DNA of 64,000 bases, taken from the human T2T-CHM13v2.0 reference genome, Homo sapiens. This document shows positions 29,601 through 42,989 of the stretch, piece by piece. Made by a program: the position numbers and the translations under genes. Position 1 is the stretch's first letter. Each line of letters opens with the position of its first letter. The notes below the pieces were generated by a model. That model was not told where the DNA came from. It did no database searches and saw only the letters and a program-made list of their open reading frames with translations. The DNA lies in contig CP086569.2 in assembly GCA_009914755.4 (NCBI GenBank), positions 23,872,001 to 23,936,000 on the forward strand, in the 5' to 3' direction.

Positions 29601-32600
29601 GTACATCTGACTGCCATTAGAAGAAGGATAAGGATTAGGACAAAAACAACTTTTAAGTGCTTCCTGCTGAGAGGGGGCACTTTTTTTTTTGGAAAAAAAT
29701 GGCAATCAGATCTCACTAAGAGGCCTATCTAATTGTCCCCAGTGAAATGGGCCACTGTTCAAGGCTCTGGTTGAGTGACTTTTTGAACTTTGGTAGGCTA
29801 AAAATAAAAAGAATCAAACTGGGTTATTAAAAAACATGTACTGAAATGAAACAAGGGGCAAATGGCAAGGTCAGCTCAAAATTTCCAAGGTCTTTTCCCT
29901 TGAAAAGGGAAGGTCTTTTCCCATAGAAAGAGGAAGGACAAAAACTCCAATGGAAGAAAAAAAAAATTGTTTGGCCAGCATGTCAGTCTTCTGGGTTCTT
30001 TTGCCTTGAGTTCGATCCTAAGCAAACAAGTCTAAATTTTGGGAAATTAACTCTTCCAGGCTTTGAGGATGCATCTGAGGAAAGTGTCCCATAGTATGAA
30101 GACATGATTACCTATCTGTAAATAGAGGACAGAGGAGAAAGAAAAAACAAAAAACATTATTTTCAGAGAAGTCCCAAGGGTTTAGTTTGCATTCAAAAGG
30201 CACATAGACTGAAGACAAATGGCTACTCATCTAGAAAGAGAGAAGCAGTTGTCCCTGGTTCCTTTCTCTTTCTTGCAAATTTCCAGGGTATGTTGAGGGA
30301 TAGGAGAAAAAATCTTCTCTTTCCTGCTCCTATTCTTCTATCCCCGAGTCCCAGTGATTGTAACAAGGTCCGTCCATGGGTGTCAAAGCAGCTTTCACCC
30401 ATGTTAACGGAGAGAACTAGGGTGGTTGAAATGTCTGCTCTTACCCACGTATGCCCTATCTACTCTGCTGTCAGTAGTTCTGGAGTTCACTAGACTTTAT
30501 TTATGCCAAGGACACTAGCATAATCTTTATCGATGAAATGGGAGGCTTGGCTTAATTGTCTGGAATTTGTCATGCTCACCTGCACTGTGCCTTTTATCCT
30601 CCATTATCATCTCCTTCTGGATTTCTCAGATCCGGTGTTATTTCCTAGGGCTTCAACCTGAAGCTTGAAACTGAGGTTGGGACAAAAATGTGGCTCAGGG
30701 ATTTGCATGGACTCCATATAGTTAGCTGAATTTTTAGATGAAGCTGTGGGATTGAGTCCTCTTTCCACGAGGGAGAGAAATAATGTCTTGTAACACACCC
30801 AGATATCTCGTGGCTCTAGTTATGCTTGCTAAGATTTGGGTGGGCACACTATTTATTCCCATAACAATGCAGGGTTTGCAGGATAATTGCCCAGAACTAG
30901 AATATTAATCCAGATTTTTACCAGTTTCTTTTCATTTCTTCTGAGCTGCAGTTGAATATCACTAATTGGCTTACAAGAATAAGCCGGTTTGTTCTAAAAT
31001 GTAGGAAAAATGCAAATCTAATGAGTTTAGGATTTAATGACAACCATATAATTAGTTTTGACAAATAATCTTTTCCATTCAGTTCTTTTGTTGTTGTTGT
31101 TAGAAACAAATAATGATAGAACTGAGTTCTTTGTGAAATCAGCTTTAGTCGTATGCTTGGATTCATTATTTACATAAAGCACAGCAAGAAAAATTATTCC
31201 TACATAGTTATTTTACATTGGCTTTAATAGAACTCTTCCACAAGAAATTTCAGAGAGGACTTTCTGAAGTCAAACCCAGCCATGGTTTTGTACCATCAGT
31301 TAGTTATGAGTTGGGTTATCCTCTTCTCTTATGGTCCCAAAATAAACTTGGAGCCCCTGGGCCTGTCCAAAGTGTCATTCTTTACTTACCACAGATCTGG
31401 AACCCTGCACAAGGACTCTGTAGATAAGGTATAAGGCCAGTTTATCCAAGGGGCTATTATTGGCTCTGCAAGTTGAGCTTGACTGCTTAAAGGGAAGCAG
31501 AACTTTTCAATCAAGGCCTTGATAAAACAACCAGTTTCTCTAACTGTGTCCTGTTGCAAATAAAATAGACTATTATTACACTGATTCAAACAGCTATATT
31601 GCCATAAGTTAAGAACACTCATAACTATTTTTCAAATTCTGAAGAAGCCAGGAAGAGAGAGATAAACATGATTCAAATTTTCTTCACAGGAGTACACCTT
31701 ACTCAAATATTAAAGGCTGTAAACAGCTCAAAATAAGTTTCCTTGACTATGGTAAACAATACATGAGTCAGTAATGTTACAAGCAAAAATAGGAAAGATT
31801 ACTTCATGTTTCTATCAGTCCAGTCCATTCAGTTAACTCTTGTTTTGTTTAATATTCATAAACATTTTAGCTCTTCATGGGTCCTGGTAGGTTTTTCCTG
31901 TATTCCTGTCACAGCTCCAAAGTTTTCAGAAGCCTGCATTTGTGAGCACCAGTCAAAGTTCTATAGCTGATTAAAAAACATTTTTGGAAAAATGTCAAAA
32001 CCAGATGACAATTGTCTGTGTTTAACAAAACATCCAGAGTAGTTACAGTCAGAAAGATGATTGACAAAAATTTTGGTTATGTCTATGGTTTGCAATAACT
32101 TAACATAACAGCATTAATTGTGGTTGACAGCATATATGTCAGACATTAGAATTTTAGAAATTCCATACAATTTAGGAACATGTATTAGTATTATTCATGA
32201 AAATGCCATCTAAAGAATATTGAAAACCATTTTTGGGATTCCTTGTAACTAAACACGTTGTATGATCCTGTATAAAGCTCTCGTGGATACTCCAGGCACC
32301 CTCTTTAGCATTCAAAAACCAGGAATTAGGAAAGACCATTTTGTAATCAAAGTTTGATTTTGAGAAGGATATTACATGTTAGGAGTTTGAAATGCTTGAT
32401 GTTATAAAATAAAATTCCAGATTACCATAAATTATTTATTTAACGAAAATAATGACCTATAAATAAAAAAGCAGAAACTTTTACATTATTTAAAAATTTT
32501 CCTTCAGAGCAGATTAGTGCCTTAAGAGTACTTTTTGTGCTTTCATTTCAATGCTCAATTTACAAAAAAACAAAAAACAAAAACAAAAAAACATATAATA

Positions 32601-33349
32601 TCCTCTTGAATTTAATTGATATTCACACACAGAATTTCTTGGAAAGATTTATTTTTACAATTCTTCCATAACTTGTTTGAACTTTCAGCTTTATCATCTG
32701 TAATTCAAAACGGTTGTTTGATCCTAGGCAAGAATTTATATTTGCATGCCTTCTTATAATGTTGTATTAAAAACACATTTTACCGTCCTTACACACCTTG
32801 TCTGGAAATGTACTTCCAGTGGTTTCAATTACATATTATCACGGTAAATTTTAGCAATTTTAACTTTAATGTAAAGCCAGGTAAATTGTCCTAATTATGT
32901 GCTAGGAGCAGCCATAATTAAGGGTGTGTTTAGTTCCATTTTTCCTCAGGCTTGACCAATTGTGAAGCAAAGTTGAACTGTTTTCAAAAACCAAAAAAGC
33001 AGTTATAACCTTAAAACATTCAGCAAACCTAGTATCTGACCTGCATAATTTAGTCCACCTACTCACATATTGATGACATTTGTGTTTTACTGATAATCTT
33101 AAGGCTGTTTTTATTTCTCAAGCATTAAAGTCATGTGAACTAAAACATACACATCTTTCATCTTTCCTTCAAAAATATTTGATCCAAGTGCTTATCATTT
33201 TTTCAGTAAATTTATTGGAGCTCTTTTACACACATACAGGCAGAAGAAAAACCCAGTACCTATAAGATTTTAAATCTGCCAATTTCCTGATTGAATTACT
33301 GGCCTCTCATGCATCCATTTTTTTCTTTGCTTGTGTCCCCTTCCTTGAC

Positions 33350-33560
33350 ATTTCCATGGCTCCACCTCCTTTTCCCAGTGCGCGTGTGGGCATTACTCAG
33401 AGAGAAACAGTCAGGAAAGGGCCGATTTTATCTGAAATCAGCAGTTCAATTTATCAGCCTTTAGGCTGTTTTAGGCTTAAAAGTGGAGTTTTGGCCAGGA
33501 CTCTTGACTGTCTCCTGTCTCTATTACTCAAAATGAGAAAAGGTCCCTTGGCTATCTCTG
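33350..33560 (+). repeat. Copy 2 of the same unclassified interspersed repeat family
   Basis: CCATGGCTCCAC… TTACTCAGAGAGAAACAGTCAGGAAAGGGCCGATTTTATCTGAAATCAGCAGTTCAATTTATCAGCCTTTAGGCTGTTTTAGGCTTAAAAGTGGAGTTTTGGCCAGGACTCTTGACTG. Confidence 0.4.
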
Positions 33561-33699
33561 GTCTCTATCACTTTACATGAAAAAAGAACAGTTTATTTAA
33601 CAAATGAGGTAGAGAATACTGAATACTCAAACAAAAAAACAATTTTTGAACCTTACCACAAGGATGAACTTAAAATGAAACAGGACTTATTTTTATAGC

Positions 33700-34195
33700 T
33701 GTTGTAAATAATTTTTTTCTTGAACTTTTCTTTCAGATGGCTCATTCTTGGCATGTAAACATGCTCCTAATTTTGTATGTGAATTTGATATAACGCCACT
33801 TTACTGAATTTCTTTATTAATTCTCAAGATTCTTAGTGTACTATTTAGTTCTGCTATATAAAAAATTGTATGATCTGTGATCAGAGACAATCTGAATTTC
33901 TCCTTTTTCATTTGGATGTCTTTTATTTCTTTCTCTTGCAAAATGATCAGGCTGAGAATTCCAGTACTCTGTTGAATGAAAGTGGTAAAAGTAGACATCA
34001 TTGTCTTGTTCCAGATCTCAAAAGAAAAACTTTCCTATTTTCCTGTTCAGTGTGATATCAGCTAATGAATTTCATATTTTGCCTTAATTGTATTCAGGTA
34101 GATACCATCTATACCTAATTTCTTCTGTTGTTTTAATCACAAAGGCATGTTAGATTTTTCCAAATACTTTTTTTGCATCTAGAATAAAAAATAAA
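33700..34195 (-). mobile_element. L1 ORF2 (RT region) segment in antisense orientation; the inverted arm of a twin-priming-type L1 insertion
   Basis: Minus-strand ORF 33801-34001 translates to …SLIILQEKEIKDIQMKKEKFRLSLITDHTIFYIAELNSTLRILRINKEIQ, which resembles L1 ORF2 …[36 protein letters not shown]…KLISNFSKVSGYKINVQ. Confidence 0.7.
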
Positions 34196-35261
34196 GGTGC
34201 CTAGCAGTAAAACTAATTAAGAAATAAACACTGTCTACACTGTAAATCATAAAACACTTATAAAGAAAGTAAGACATGAAAAGTTTGAGAGATATTTTTG
34301 CTCATTAGTTATAAAACATATTGTTAAAATGGCTTTGCCACTCAAGGGCATCTACAGATTCAATGCAAACTCTATAAAATACCAAATGACATTTTTTTCA
34401 CAGAAATGGAAAAAACAGGCCAAAAATTCATAGAAAACAAAAGAAAACCTCTCCAAATAGCCAAAGTAATCCTATGAAAAAAGAACAACCTGAAAGCATC
34501 AAAGCACCTGACTTTAAAATATCCTACAAAGCTACAACAAGCAAAAGAGCATGACACTGGCATAGAAAACAGACACATAGACCAAAGTATGCAGCGATCC
34601 CAATAGTAAATTCAGAAACCTAGGGCCAAGTAATTTTTAAGCTGTTTGGAATATGCACTTAAGAAACGACAATCTTTTCAATGAATGGTGCTAGGAAAAT
34701 TGATTATTTAAATGAATATAACTAGATGTCAACTGGTTACCTACCATATTAAAACAACTTAATTATATATAATTAGAAGACTTAAAGGTACAACTCAATC
34801 TTAAAAACTATTTGAATAAAACATAGGGAAATGATTTACAAAATAGGACAGGAAGAAAATGTAAATAAGAACTCAAAAGCATAGGCAACAAAAGCAAAAG
34901 CAGGCAAGTGAATTTAACAGAATCTAAAAAATATCACATAGCAAAAATAAATTAATAGAGTAGAGACAACTTACAGTGTGGGAGGATATATTTGCAAAAT
35001 ATACATACGACAAGGGATAATCACACAAAATATATAACAAACACAAAAGCAAAAATAACCAGAATTTAGTAATACATGAGAGACCTTAAGTGAAATTTCT
35101 CCAAGGAAGACATACAAATGGCCAAGTACCTGCAAAGATGGTCAACACTATTAATTATTAGAAAAATGCAAATTAAAGCCACAATAAGATACCAGATTAC
35201 TCCAGTTCAGATGGATATAATCAGAAATAATACGTTAATACGTTCCTGCCACTTTCAACAG
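34196..35261 (+). mobile_element. L1 ORF2 distal segment in sense orientation (older L1), truncated at 35261 where beta-satellite starts
   Basis: …AGATTCAATGCAAACTCTATAAAATACCAAATGACATTTTTTTCACAGAAATGGAAAAAACAGGCCAAAAATTCATAGAAAACAAAAGAAAACCTCTCCAAATAGCCAAAG… matches L1 ORF2 [38 protein letters not shown]…. Later segments match …KEDIQMAKYLQRWSTLLIIRKMQIKATIRYQITPVQMDIIRNN… (L1 …[48 protein letters not shown]). Confidence 0.8.
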
Positions 35262-36962
35262 GAGGCATTGTGACATATCTCTGGGCCTATTATTTAGGTG
35301 ATATGACTCTCCTCTTCTGCCTGGAAACTGCCTACAAGGGCCATTGTGCCACAGAGTTAGGCGTAGCCCCAAAGTTATGTGACATTTCTGCCAGGAACTT
35401 GCCTGAAAAGAGAATATTGGAATATTTCTGCCTCGGCATTTAGGTTATATGGCTGTCATGCCTGTTTCATTACCACAGAGTAAATTTTGACATATGCCTT
35501 GGCACAGCTCACAGGCATCATAATGACTCTGATATGCGGACCCCAGAAACAGGAGTTAATTTGACTTTTGTAACTTGCTCTAGAAACACGAGTGATGTCT
35601 TGGATCTCTTTCTGGTAAAAAGGCCACAGAAGATTATAACAGCCTCAGATATTTTATAAAGCCCATGACTTGTACAGAGAGTGTCTTAACAAAACCCAGA
35701 AGGATGAAATTGTAAGTTTCACATGCACACCCACCTTAAAGTAAGGACTGTCAGATCTCACATTGTCACTCATGAAAACAGGACATGTGTGGTATTATAA
35801 ATCTCATCTCTGGTATGTTCTACCAGTGTGAATGTGATACAAATATTTGCAAGCATCTGTGTGATTTGACCCTCTAGATTGGTTTCAGCCCACATAAGGG
35901 ATTGTGATCTCTACCTGGGCCAACTTCTAGATGATATGACTCTCCTCCCTTGGATGTCCTCTCAGGATTGTGACATATCACTGGATGTAAAACCCAGGTG
36001 ATGTTACAGCTTCTAGAGGATGTGACCATCCTGCCTTTGCCATTCTCTAAGGATTGTGAAATATTACCAGATCTAACACCCAGATGATGTTACATTCTTG
36101 CCTGCGCCATTTCCGCAGACATCATTGTAACATATCACTGTGTCCACCACTTAGGAAATGTAACTCTCCTCTCTGGAAAGGACCCTGAACACAGCAGGTG
36201 GTAGTAACATATTGCTAGGCCCAGGCACACAAGTGACGGTACTCTTTTGCCAGGGCTGTGTTTTAAACAGGGCATTGTGACATATCTTTGGGCATATTAC
36301 CGAGGTGATGTGACTCAAAGCTTGGGCCTCACCCACGTAAGGCACTGTGACATAAAAGTTGAACCTACACCAAGGTGATGTAACTCTTTCACCTTGATTC
36401 TATCCTAAGGGAGCCTTGCAACATATCTCAGGACCCAACACCCGGGTGATGTGGTTCTTCTGCTTGGTTTCTGTCTATGTCTTATACTGTGACGTATACC
36501 TAAAGAAGAACCTAGGTGATAAGACTCTCCTTTTCTGCCTGAGTCCTGCCTAATGGGGACACTGGGACATATCTCTGAGGCCATAACCTAACTGACATGA
36601 CTCTCTTTCCCTGCCTGGGCCTTTCAAATGGTGGAATTGTGACATATTGCTGAGCACAGCATTTAGGTCATGTGACTCTCCTGTTTTTATCTGAACCGTG
36701 CCCACAAAGAAAAATTTTGACGATTTGCACACAGAGGATGTTACACTTCTGCTACGACACTGAATAAAGAGGGAATTATTGCATACTGGTGGGCCCAGCA
36801 GCCTGATGATGCTACTGTCCTGCCTGTGCCAGAGCCACAGAGGGTATTTTGACATATCTTCGTCCCATTCTGTAGGTGTTTTAGCTCTTATCCCTTGGCT
36901 AACTTTTTCTACATGTGGAATTGAGTGATACTGCTGGACGCAGCACCCAGTTAATGGCCATT
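35262..36962. repeat. Second beta-satellite block; a diverged copy of window positions ~1-1620
   Basis: Same monomer motifs; collinear homology to 30-1620, e.g. CCCAAAGTTATGTGA...TTTCTGCCTC(A/G)GC(A/G)TTTAGGTTATATGGCTGTCATGCCTGTTTCATTAC and ...GATGCTACTGTCCTGCCTGTGCCAGAGCCACAGAGGGT(G/A)TTTTGACA. Ends abruptly at ~36962. Confidence 0.75.
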
Positions 36963-37589
36963 TGGCCACCTTCAAACCACACTGAGACGGAAGCTCGGCT
37001 TTTGTGCAGTCCAGCAGTACAGAGAAACAGCAACCCAAAGTGTTGGGTTGGGGTTGCTTCTTCCCAGAGACCAAAGCATACCACCTCCTCCGCTATCCTA
37101 GTGTGGGAAGGAGGGTCAGGATGCACATGCATCAAGCACCCAGTGCCCAGCAATCACTACCACAGGCAGCAGGGAGATGAGGCAGAAAGGGTGAGGAAAG
37201 TAGCAGTTGGAATGTGTGTGTGCAGAAAAGCTACTAACCCTCTTATTTCAGCCACAGTTAGCTCACTGCAAGCAACAGAAATCCACTCTGGGAAACCTAA
37301 GCCAAAAGGAAGATAAACTGAAGAACCAGAAGACAGAAAGGGAAGAAGGGGGATGGTGGCAGAAGGTACTTTGTGGGAGAGATGGATCTTTCTCAAACCT
37401 TTTATCCCTGCCTGTTATTTAATCATGATTGGGTTCTTTGGGAAGAGGGTACGGCTGGCCAGGGGAGAGCAGGATACCGTGAGTGGTAGCTTCCAGGCAT
37501 CTGTCTACCAACACAGGGGAAGGAAGCACGTCCCTCAAAGAAAGCCAGGATGCTGGCACCAGAAAAAGGGCGAAGGATGCTGAGCATGG

Positions 37590-37700
37590 GGAGGACAGAG
37601 ATGTCTCTTCTCTCTTTGGGACTGTATCTTGTCACCTGTAAAATGGGGGAAAACTGTGGCTACATTGTGAAAATTTAATGAGATAAAACAGCACAGTGTG
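37590..37700 (+). mobile_element. MIR fragment
   Basis: …TCACCTGTAAAATGGGGGAAAACTGTGGCTACATTGTGAAAATTTAATGAGATAAAACAGCACAGTGTGGC… resembles the MIR core …CATCTGTAAAATGGGGATAATAATAG…GATTAAATGAGATAATGCATGTAAAG…. Confidence 0.5.
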
Positions 37701-40471
37701 GCTTATGGGAAGTCCCTAATATATAATAATTTTAAATAATTGTAGCTAAATAATTTTAGCTTATCATCTTAATTTTTGATTCAGCTCTCTCTGAATTTTA
37801 CATCCTAGCACAGATCAATGATCTTGCAACTCCAACCACACCATTTTGCAATTCTGAACCTCTACCTAGAGAAAGCAGTGGATCTTTATACATTCGACAC
37901 AGCCCTTCCCTCTAGAGTAATAAAAAATAAACCTAGTTTTGCATAAGTCTTTTTCTGTAGGCTGGGTCTCTGGAGTAAGTGAACCCCATGGCCAATCCAT
38001 CTGAAGTCAAGGTTAATAGGGCCGTGATACTAAAGATGTGGTATTAAAGATCTCCTTCTGGTACCGCATTCTTTATGATGCATGGCCAATTACCCACTAA
38101 GGAAGATACTGCAGCCGTAGCAATTTTATCCCAAAAGCATGTCATTTTATTTTTATTCCCACTGACAAGCACATACCTCTTTAAATAAAAAAAAAAAGAA
38201 AACGAAAGTGACTATTGCTCAAACTTACATTTTGCCCACACATTTTTCAACTCTTGGGATTGTATATTCCAGTCCGGATATGGGCACTAACCAAGCCTTT
38301 CCTGATGGATGGGCTTGGCTGTTTTCTCCATGGTTTCTTGGCTCAAATTTTTGGCAAATTACATGTTTTTGCTTAGTTTTTGGGCAAAACTAGATGTTTC
38401 TGTGGCTTTGCAGTTTTTCTCCACCAAAAGCATGAAATTTGACCAATTATTTACTGATAGAGTTATGGAAAGATGAAGCTGTGGCAGATTTCAAGTTTCA
38501 AAATCCATCTCTGGTTAATTTGTTTGAAATAATTGACTATAGGATATGGTAGATATCAATTATATGACAAACCTTTTAGGTTTTGTTTAATGTTAAAAAT
38601 AAAGTGATAATGCTGGCCTTAGCATATTAATTAATGACTTTCGTTTTCATCCTAAGAACAATGGGAGCACATTAATCTTTGGCAGAAGATAAAGTGACCA
38701 GATTTGTGTTTTAACAGGTCTCTGTAGCTATTGAAAATGGACTGGAGAAGACGAATTGGAGTGAGAAGAGAGTGACAGAATCAGATAAAAATGTGCCATG
38801 TTACTATGAGCAGGAGATGAGGCAGCCTCAACCAATATGGTGCAGAGAGAAGAAAATCACTTGAGAGAATGGATTAAACTGGGTGGTTAGCAAAGAGAAC
38901 TGAATCGAAAATTATGATAGTAAGCTAAATAATTTTACACACAAAAAGGCAGAGTTGCATTCACAATTAGTCTCTTCAGACTGAATATTACAGCCAAATT
39001 ATAACAATTGGTGTTGCAATCACTTCCCTTGGGTTTGTATCCAAGGTTAAGAATGTCAGCATCCAGAGGTCCAAATTCTTCTTCTTTTTTTTTTTTTTTT
39101 TTTGAGAGGCCCAGAGGCCCAAATTCTTAATGTTTTTAGATGATAAAGTTTATTCAAGGTAGACTGTCTGTGTTGAATAATTTAGCCTCTTACAAATTTC
39201 AAGAAAAAATCTATTGTCCCTCTTCTCCACCACAGACACACTTTAATTGAACATTAAGCATATTTATTAAAGAAACATTCTCTTTTGCTTTTTCTCCCAA
39301 GAGAGATGGTGTTCTTACTCAGAGTTATAAGTGTCAGAATAAAGAATGCCCATGAGGTTGAATTGTATGATGCTACGGTAAAGTGAAATAAACATTCTCA
39401 AAAACATGATTATGACTTACAAACAAACAAACAAAAACCAACAAACAACTTTCTGTCGAGGAATTACGCTTTTGGGACAGAAACTTTCCTTTAAATTTGA
39501 ACAGCTGCATGCCGACAAAGAATATGAAAAAGGCACAACACACCGATTATGAAAACATGACTACACTTTAAGAGAACACAGAATTTTTCAGATCCATCTT
39601 AAATCTCAGGAGTTCTAGACCGAGACAGGAATGAGTGCTCTTGTTGCTAAAATCACTCTGATGTGCTTCTTGTTAAACAATTCACTCAGCAACATTACAG
39701 ATTAGCACACACACACAAAAATTGTTTGTAGGTGAAAAATTGTTTGGAAAAGGACACCTTATTAGCCATGTTATCTACTTACAAATAAAAGCCGATTTTT
39801 GGCTCTCCTGAATGAAAAGAAGGGTAATTGGAGGATATCTGGGGCTTACTAACTTGATTTTAGGCCAGGGGTGTCCCAGAATCAGGGAGCTCCTGAAGAG
39901 GGGCCTTGTCATAGGAACTACCTGATCTGAGCTTCTCCTCAGTCCGAGATGTACCAAGGCCACTGCTTGCCCCGTGTTTACAGGATTCAGAGTCTTCAGG
40001 GAAAGTTGAGCCCAAGTGGTAGAGTCTTCTTCCCCAGCTGTGTTCTCACCTCCCAAAGCCCCACACAATGGAAAATCCCTCAAGAGGAGGCAGTCACAGA
40101 GAGAAGTGGAGGCCAGGTGGCCTCCAAATGATCAATGTCATACAGGGCTCCTGTCTGCTCTACGGCCACCTCTCAAGTTGTTCTTTCCTAGGTTCCTTCT
40201 TAAATTTGATAGATTTATCCAAAACAGGTATGAATTCAGATCCTACCAATTTAATATTGCAAGAACTCACCCAGGGGAAGGAATAGAGCTTAACAGTAAT
40301 GTTGAAAAAGAAAAAGGAAATTTTTAATAAACAAAAGGTATCAATAAAATGGAGGACTCTTTATCTACTTAATTAACTGTTTGGTGACCCTGATGAATTT
40401 AATGATACTCAAACCACCTAAGTAAGTGAGCTACTGGGACTGAAATTTTGGCTCTCTCTCTCTCTTTCTTT

Positions 40472-40757
40472 TTTTTAGAGAGGGTCTTGCTCTGTCATCC
40501 AGGCTGGAGTGCAGTGACATGATCAAATCTCACTGCAGCCTCCAAATCTCAGGCTCCAGCAATCCTCTCATCTCAGCCTCTCAGATAGTCAGGACTACAG
40601 GTACATGCCACCATATCTGGCAATTTTTTAATTTTTATTTTTTGTAGAGACAGGGGCTCACTGTGTTGCCCTGGCTCAAACTTCTAGCCTCAAGTTATCT
40701 TTCCATCACAGTCACCCATAGTACTGGGATTACTGGCACGATCCCCTGTGCCTGGCC
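40472..40757 (-). mobile_element. Alu, minus orientation
   Basis: TTTTTTAGAGAGGGTCTTGCTCTGTCATCCAGGCTGGAGTGCAGTGACATGATC… ending …GGGATTACTGGCACGATCCCCTGTGCCTGGCC. Confidence 0.9.
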
Positions 40758-41011
40758 TTTCTTTGTTAAAATTCGCCTCTAAGTGGCAGCCCTTGAAATG
40801 TATTTCTAAACTGCTGTGAACAATTAAGTTTGATTTTTTTAAAAAAGTAAGAAGAAACCCGATTATTCAGACCTTGCACTAATTCAGGCTTTCCTTCCTA
40901 CCAACCAGCCCCTTTTAAGATGGTCTCATGAGTTATTAGCATCTTCATCAATGTGTCAACAAGAATGACTACCTACATCTGCACAACAGTTTTCAAGATA
41001 TTTCCATGGTT

Positions 41012-42570
41012 ATTATTCTCTTATCTGGCCCCACCCACATCCTGCTGATTGGTCCATTTTAGAGAGAGCCGATTGGTCTGTTTTACAGAGCGCTGAATGG
41101 TCTGTTTTGACAGGGTGCTGACTGGTGCATTTACAATCCCTGAGCTAGACAAAGAGGTTCTCCACATCCCCACTAGATTAGCTACATAGAGAGTGTCGAT
41201 TGGTGTATTTACAAATCCTGAGCTAGACACAGAGTGCTGATTGGTGCATTTACAAACCTTGAGCTAGATACAGGGAGCCAACTGGTGCATTCACAATCCC
41301 TTAGCTAGACATAAAGATTCCCCAAGTCCCCACCAGATTAGCTAGACACAGAGCTCTGATTGCTACACTTACAAACCTTTAGCTAGACACAGAGTGCTGA
41401 CTGGTGCATTCACAATCCCTTAGCTTGACATAAAGGTTCTCCAAGTCCCCACTAGATTAGCTAGATACAGAGTGCCAATTGGTGCATCCACTAACCCTGA
41501 GCTAGACACAGTGTGCTGATTGGTGTGTTTACAAACCTTGAGCTAGATACAGAGTGCTGATTGGTGTATTCACAATCCCTTAGCTAGACATAAAGATTCT
41601 CCAAGTCCCCACCAGATTAGCCAGATACAGAGTGCCGGTTGGTACATCCACAAATCCTGAGCTAGACAGAGGGTGCTGATTGGTGTGTTCACAAACCTTG
41701 AGCTAGATACAGAGTGCTGATTGGTGTATTCACAATCCCTTAGCTAGACATAAAGACTCTCCAAGTCCCCACCAGATTAGCTAGATACAGAGTGCCGGTT
41801 GGTGCATCCACAAACCCTGAGCTAGACACAGGGCGCTGATTGGTGTGTTCACAAACCTTGAGCTAGACACAGCGTGCTGATTGGTGCACTCACAATCCCT
41901 TAGCTAGACACAGAGGTTCTCCAAGTCCCCACTAGACTCAGGAGCCCAGCTGGCCTCACCCAGTGGATCTTATACCAGGGCCACAGGTGGAGCTGCCCGC
42001 CAGTCACTCACCGTGCGCCTGCACTCCTCAGCCCTTGGGCGGCCGATGGGACCAGGCACCATGGAGTAGGGGGTGGCGCTCGTCCAGGAGGCTCAGGCCA
42101 TGCAGGAGCCCATGGCGGTTGGGGGAGACTCAGGCATGGTGGGCTGCAGGTCCCAAGCCCTGCCCCGTGGGGAGGCAGCTAAGGCCGGGTGAGAAATCCA
42201 GCACAGCGCTGGTGGGTCAGCACTGCTGGGGGACCCGGCACACCCTCTGCAGCTGCTGGCCTGGGTACTAAGTCCCTCACTGCCTGGGGCTGGCAGGGCT
42301 GGCCGGCCACTGCAAGTGCAGGGATCAGCAAGCCCACACCCACCCAGAACTCTAGCTGGCCCACAAGCACTGCACGCAGCCCTGGCTCCCACCCCTGCCT
42401 CTCCCTCCACACCTCCCCGCAAGCTGAGGGAGCTGGCTCCGGCCTCGGCCAGCCCACACAAGGGCTCCCATGGTGCAGTGGAAGGCTGAAGGGCTCCTCA
42501 AGCATGGCCAGAATGGGCGCTGAGGCTGAGGAGGCACCGAGAGTGAGCCAGGGCTGTCAGCATGCTGTCA
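41012..42570 (-). mobile_element. LTR12-type (ERV9/HERV9) LTR; the 3' LTR of a minus-strand provirus; appears truncated at its R/U5 end (~41012) and lacks the first ~200 bp of U3
   Basis: 41020-41940 is a CCAAT-box tandem-repeat block (…CTGATTGGTGCATTTACAAACCTTGAGCTAGACACAGAGTG… repeated), i.e. the reverse complement of the LTR12 U3 repeats. 41940-42570 is the GC-rich U3 body, paralogous to 49260-50010. Homology to the other LTR starts only at …TTATTCTCTTATCTGGCCCCACCCACATCCTGCTGATTGG. Confidence 0.8.
41030..41940 (-). promoter_or_regulatory. LTR12 U3 enhancer tandem repeats: ~18 units of ~37-45 bp each carrying ATTGG (CCAAT-box, NF-Y-type) motifs
   Basis: Repeated …GCTAGACA(C/T)AGAGTGCTGATTGGTG(T/C)ATT(T/C)ACAA(A/T)CC(T/C)T… counted by eye. 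Confidence 0.7.
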
Positions 42571-42989
42571 CCTCTCAATCCCCCCTGGCAGTTTTGGAGA
42601 GTCACTGCTGCCAAAGAGTCTATTTGGGATTATAAAGTAAGAACAGATTTCGCTATTTCTTGCAAACTGTCTGAGATATCCTTGGAGAGTGTGTGGTAGT
42701 AGGATAATGAAGTAGATAAACCACATATTCTGGTTCCTGTAGCCATAGCCATTCCTAACCCTTTAAGGAGGGGTATTAGTTGTATGGCTCTGCACTGACA
42801 GACTTGAGCTTTGAGGGGTACTGATAAGGTCTGATTTCCTGGGGCAATGATAATGTTGGGACTTAGACTAAGGTGCAGGTGCCTGTCAAGTTAGTGGGGA
42901 GGCAGATACAGGTCGTTGTTCCACATAAGAAGAATCTGCCTTGTCTGGGTAGACAGAACTTAACCCTGGCTTTTAAAGGAATAGTGTAC

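Noticed and set aside
36550-37074. 174-aa minus-strand ORF, the longest non-repeat-looking ORF in the track
   Set aside because: It spans the beta-satellite/flank junction, has no recognisable domain, and the satellite part is a chance open frame. No support for a gene.
36963-37590. Possible additional LTR/ERV fragment right after the second satellite block (GC-moderate, …GGGTTGGGGTTGCTTCTTCCCAGAGACC…)
   Set aside because: I could not match it to a family from memory, and it has no clear terminal repeats or TG…CA ends. Left unannotated.
42189-42635. 148-aa and 167-aa ORFs (42189-42635, 49543-50046) plus overlapping ORFs on both strands in GC-rich sequence; possible CpG-island promoter
   Set aside because: Both lie in the paralogous GC-rich U3 bodies of the two LTR12 LTRs. 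High GC suppresses stop codons, so ORFs appear on every strand. The CpG-rich character is an LTR12 family feature, not a host-gene promoter.
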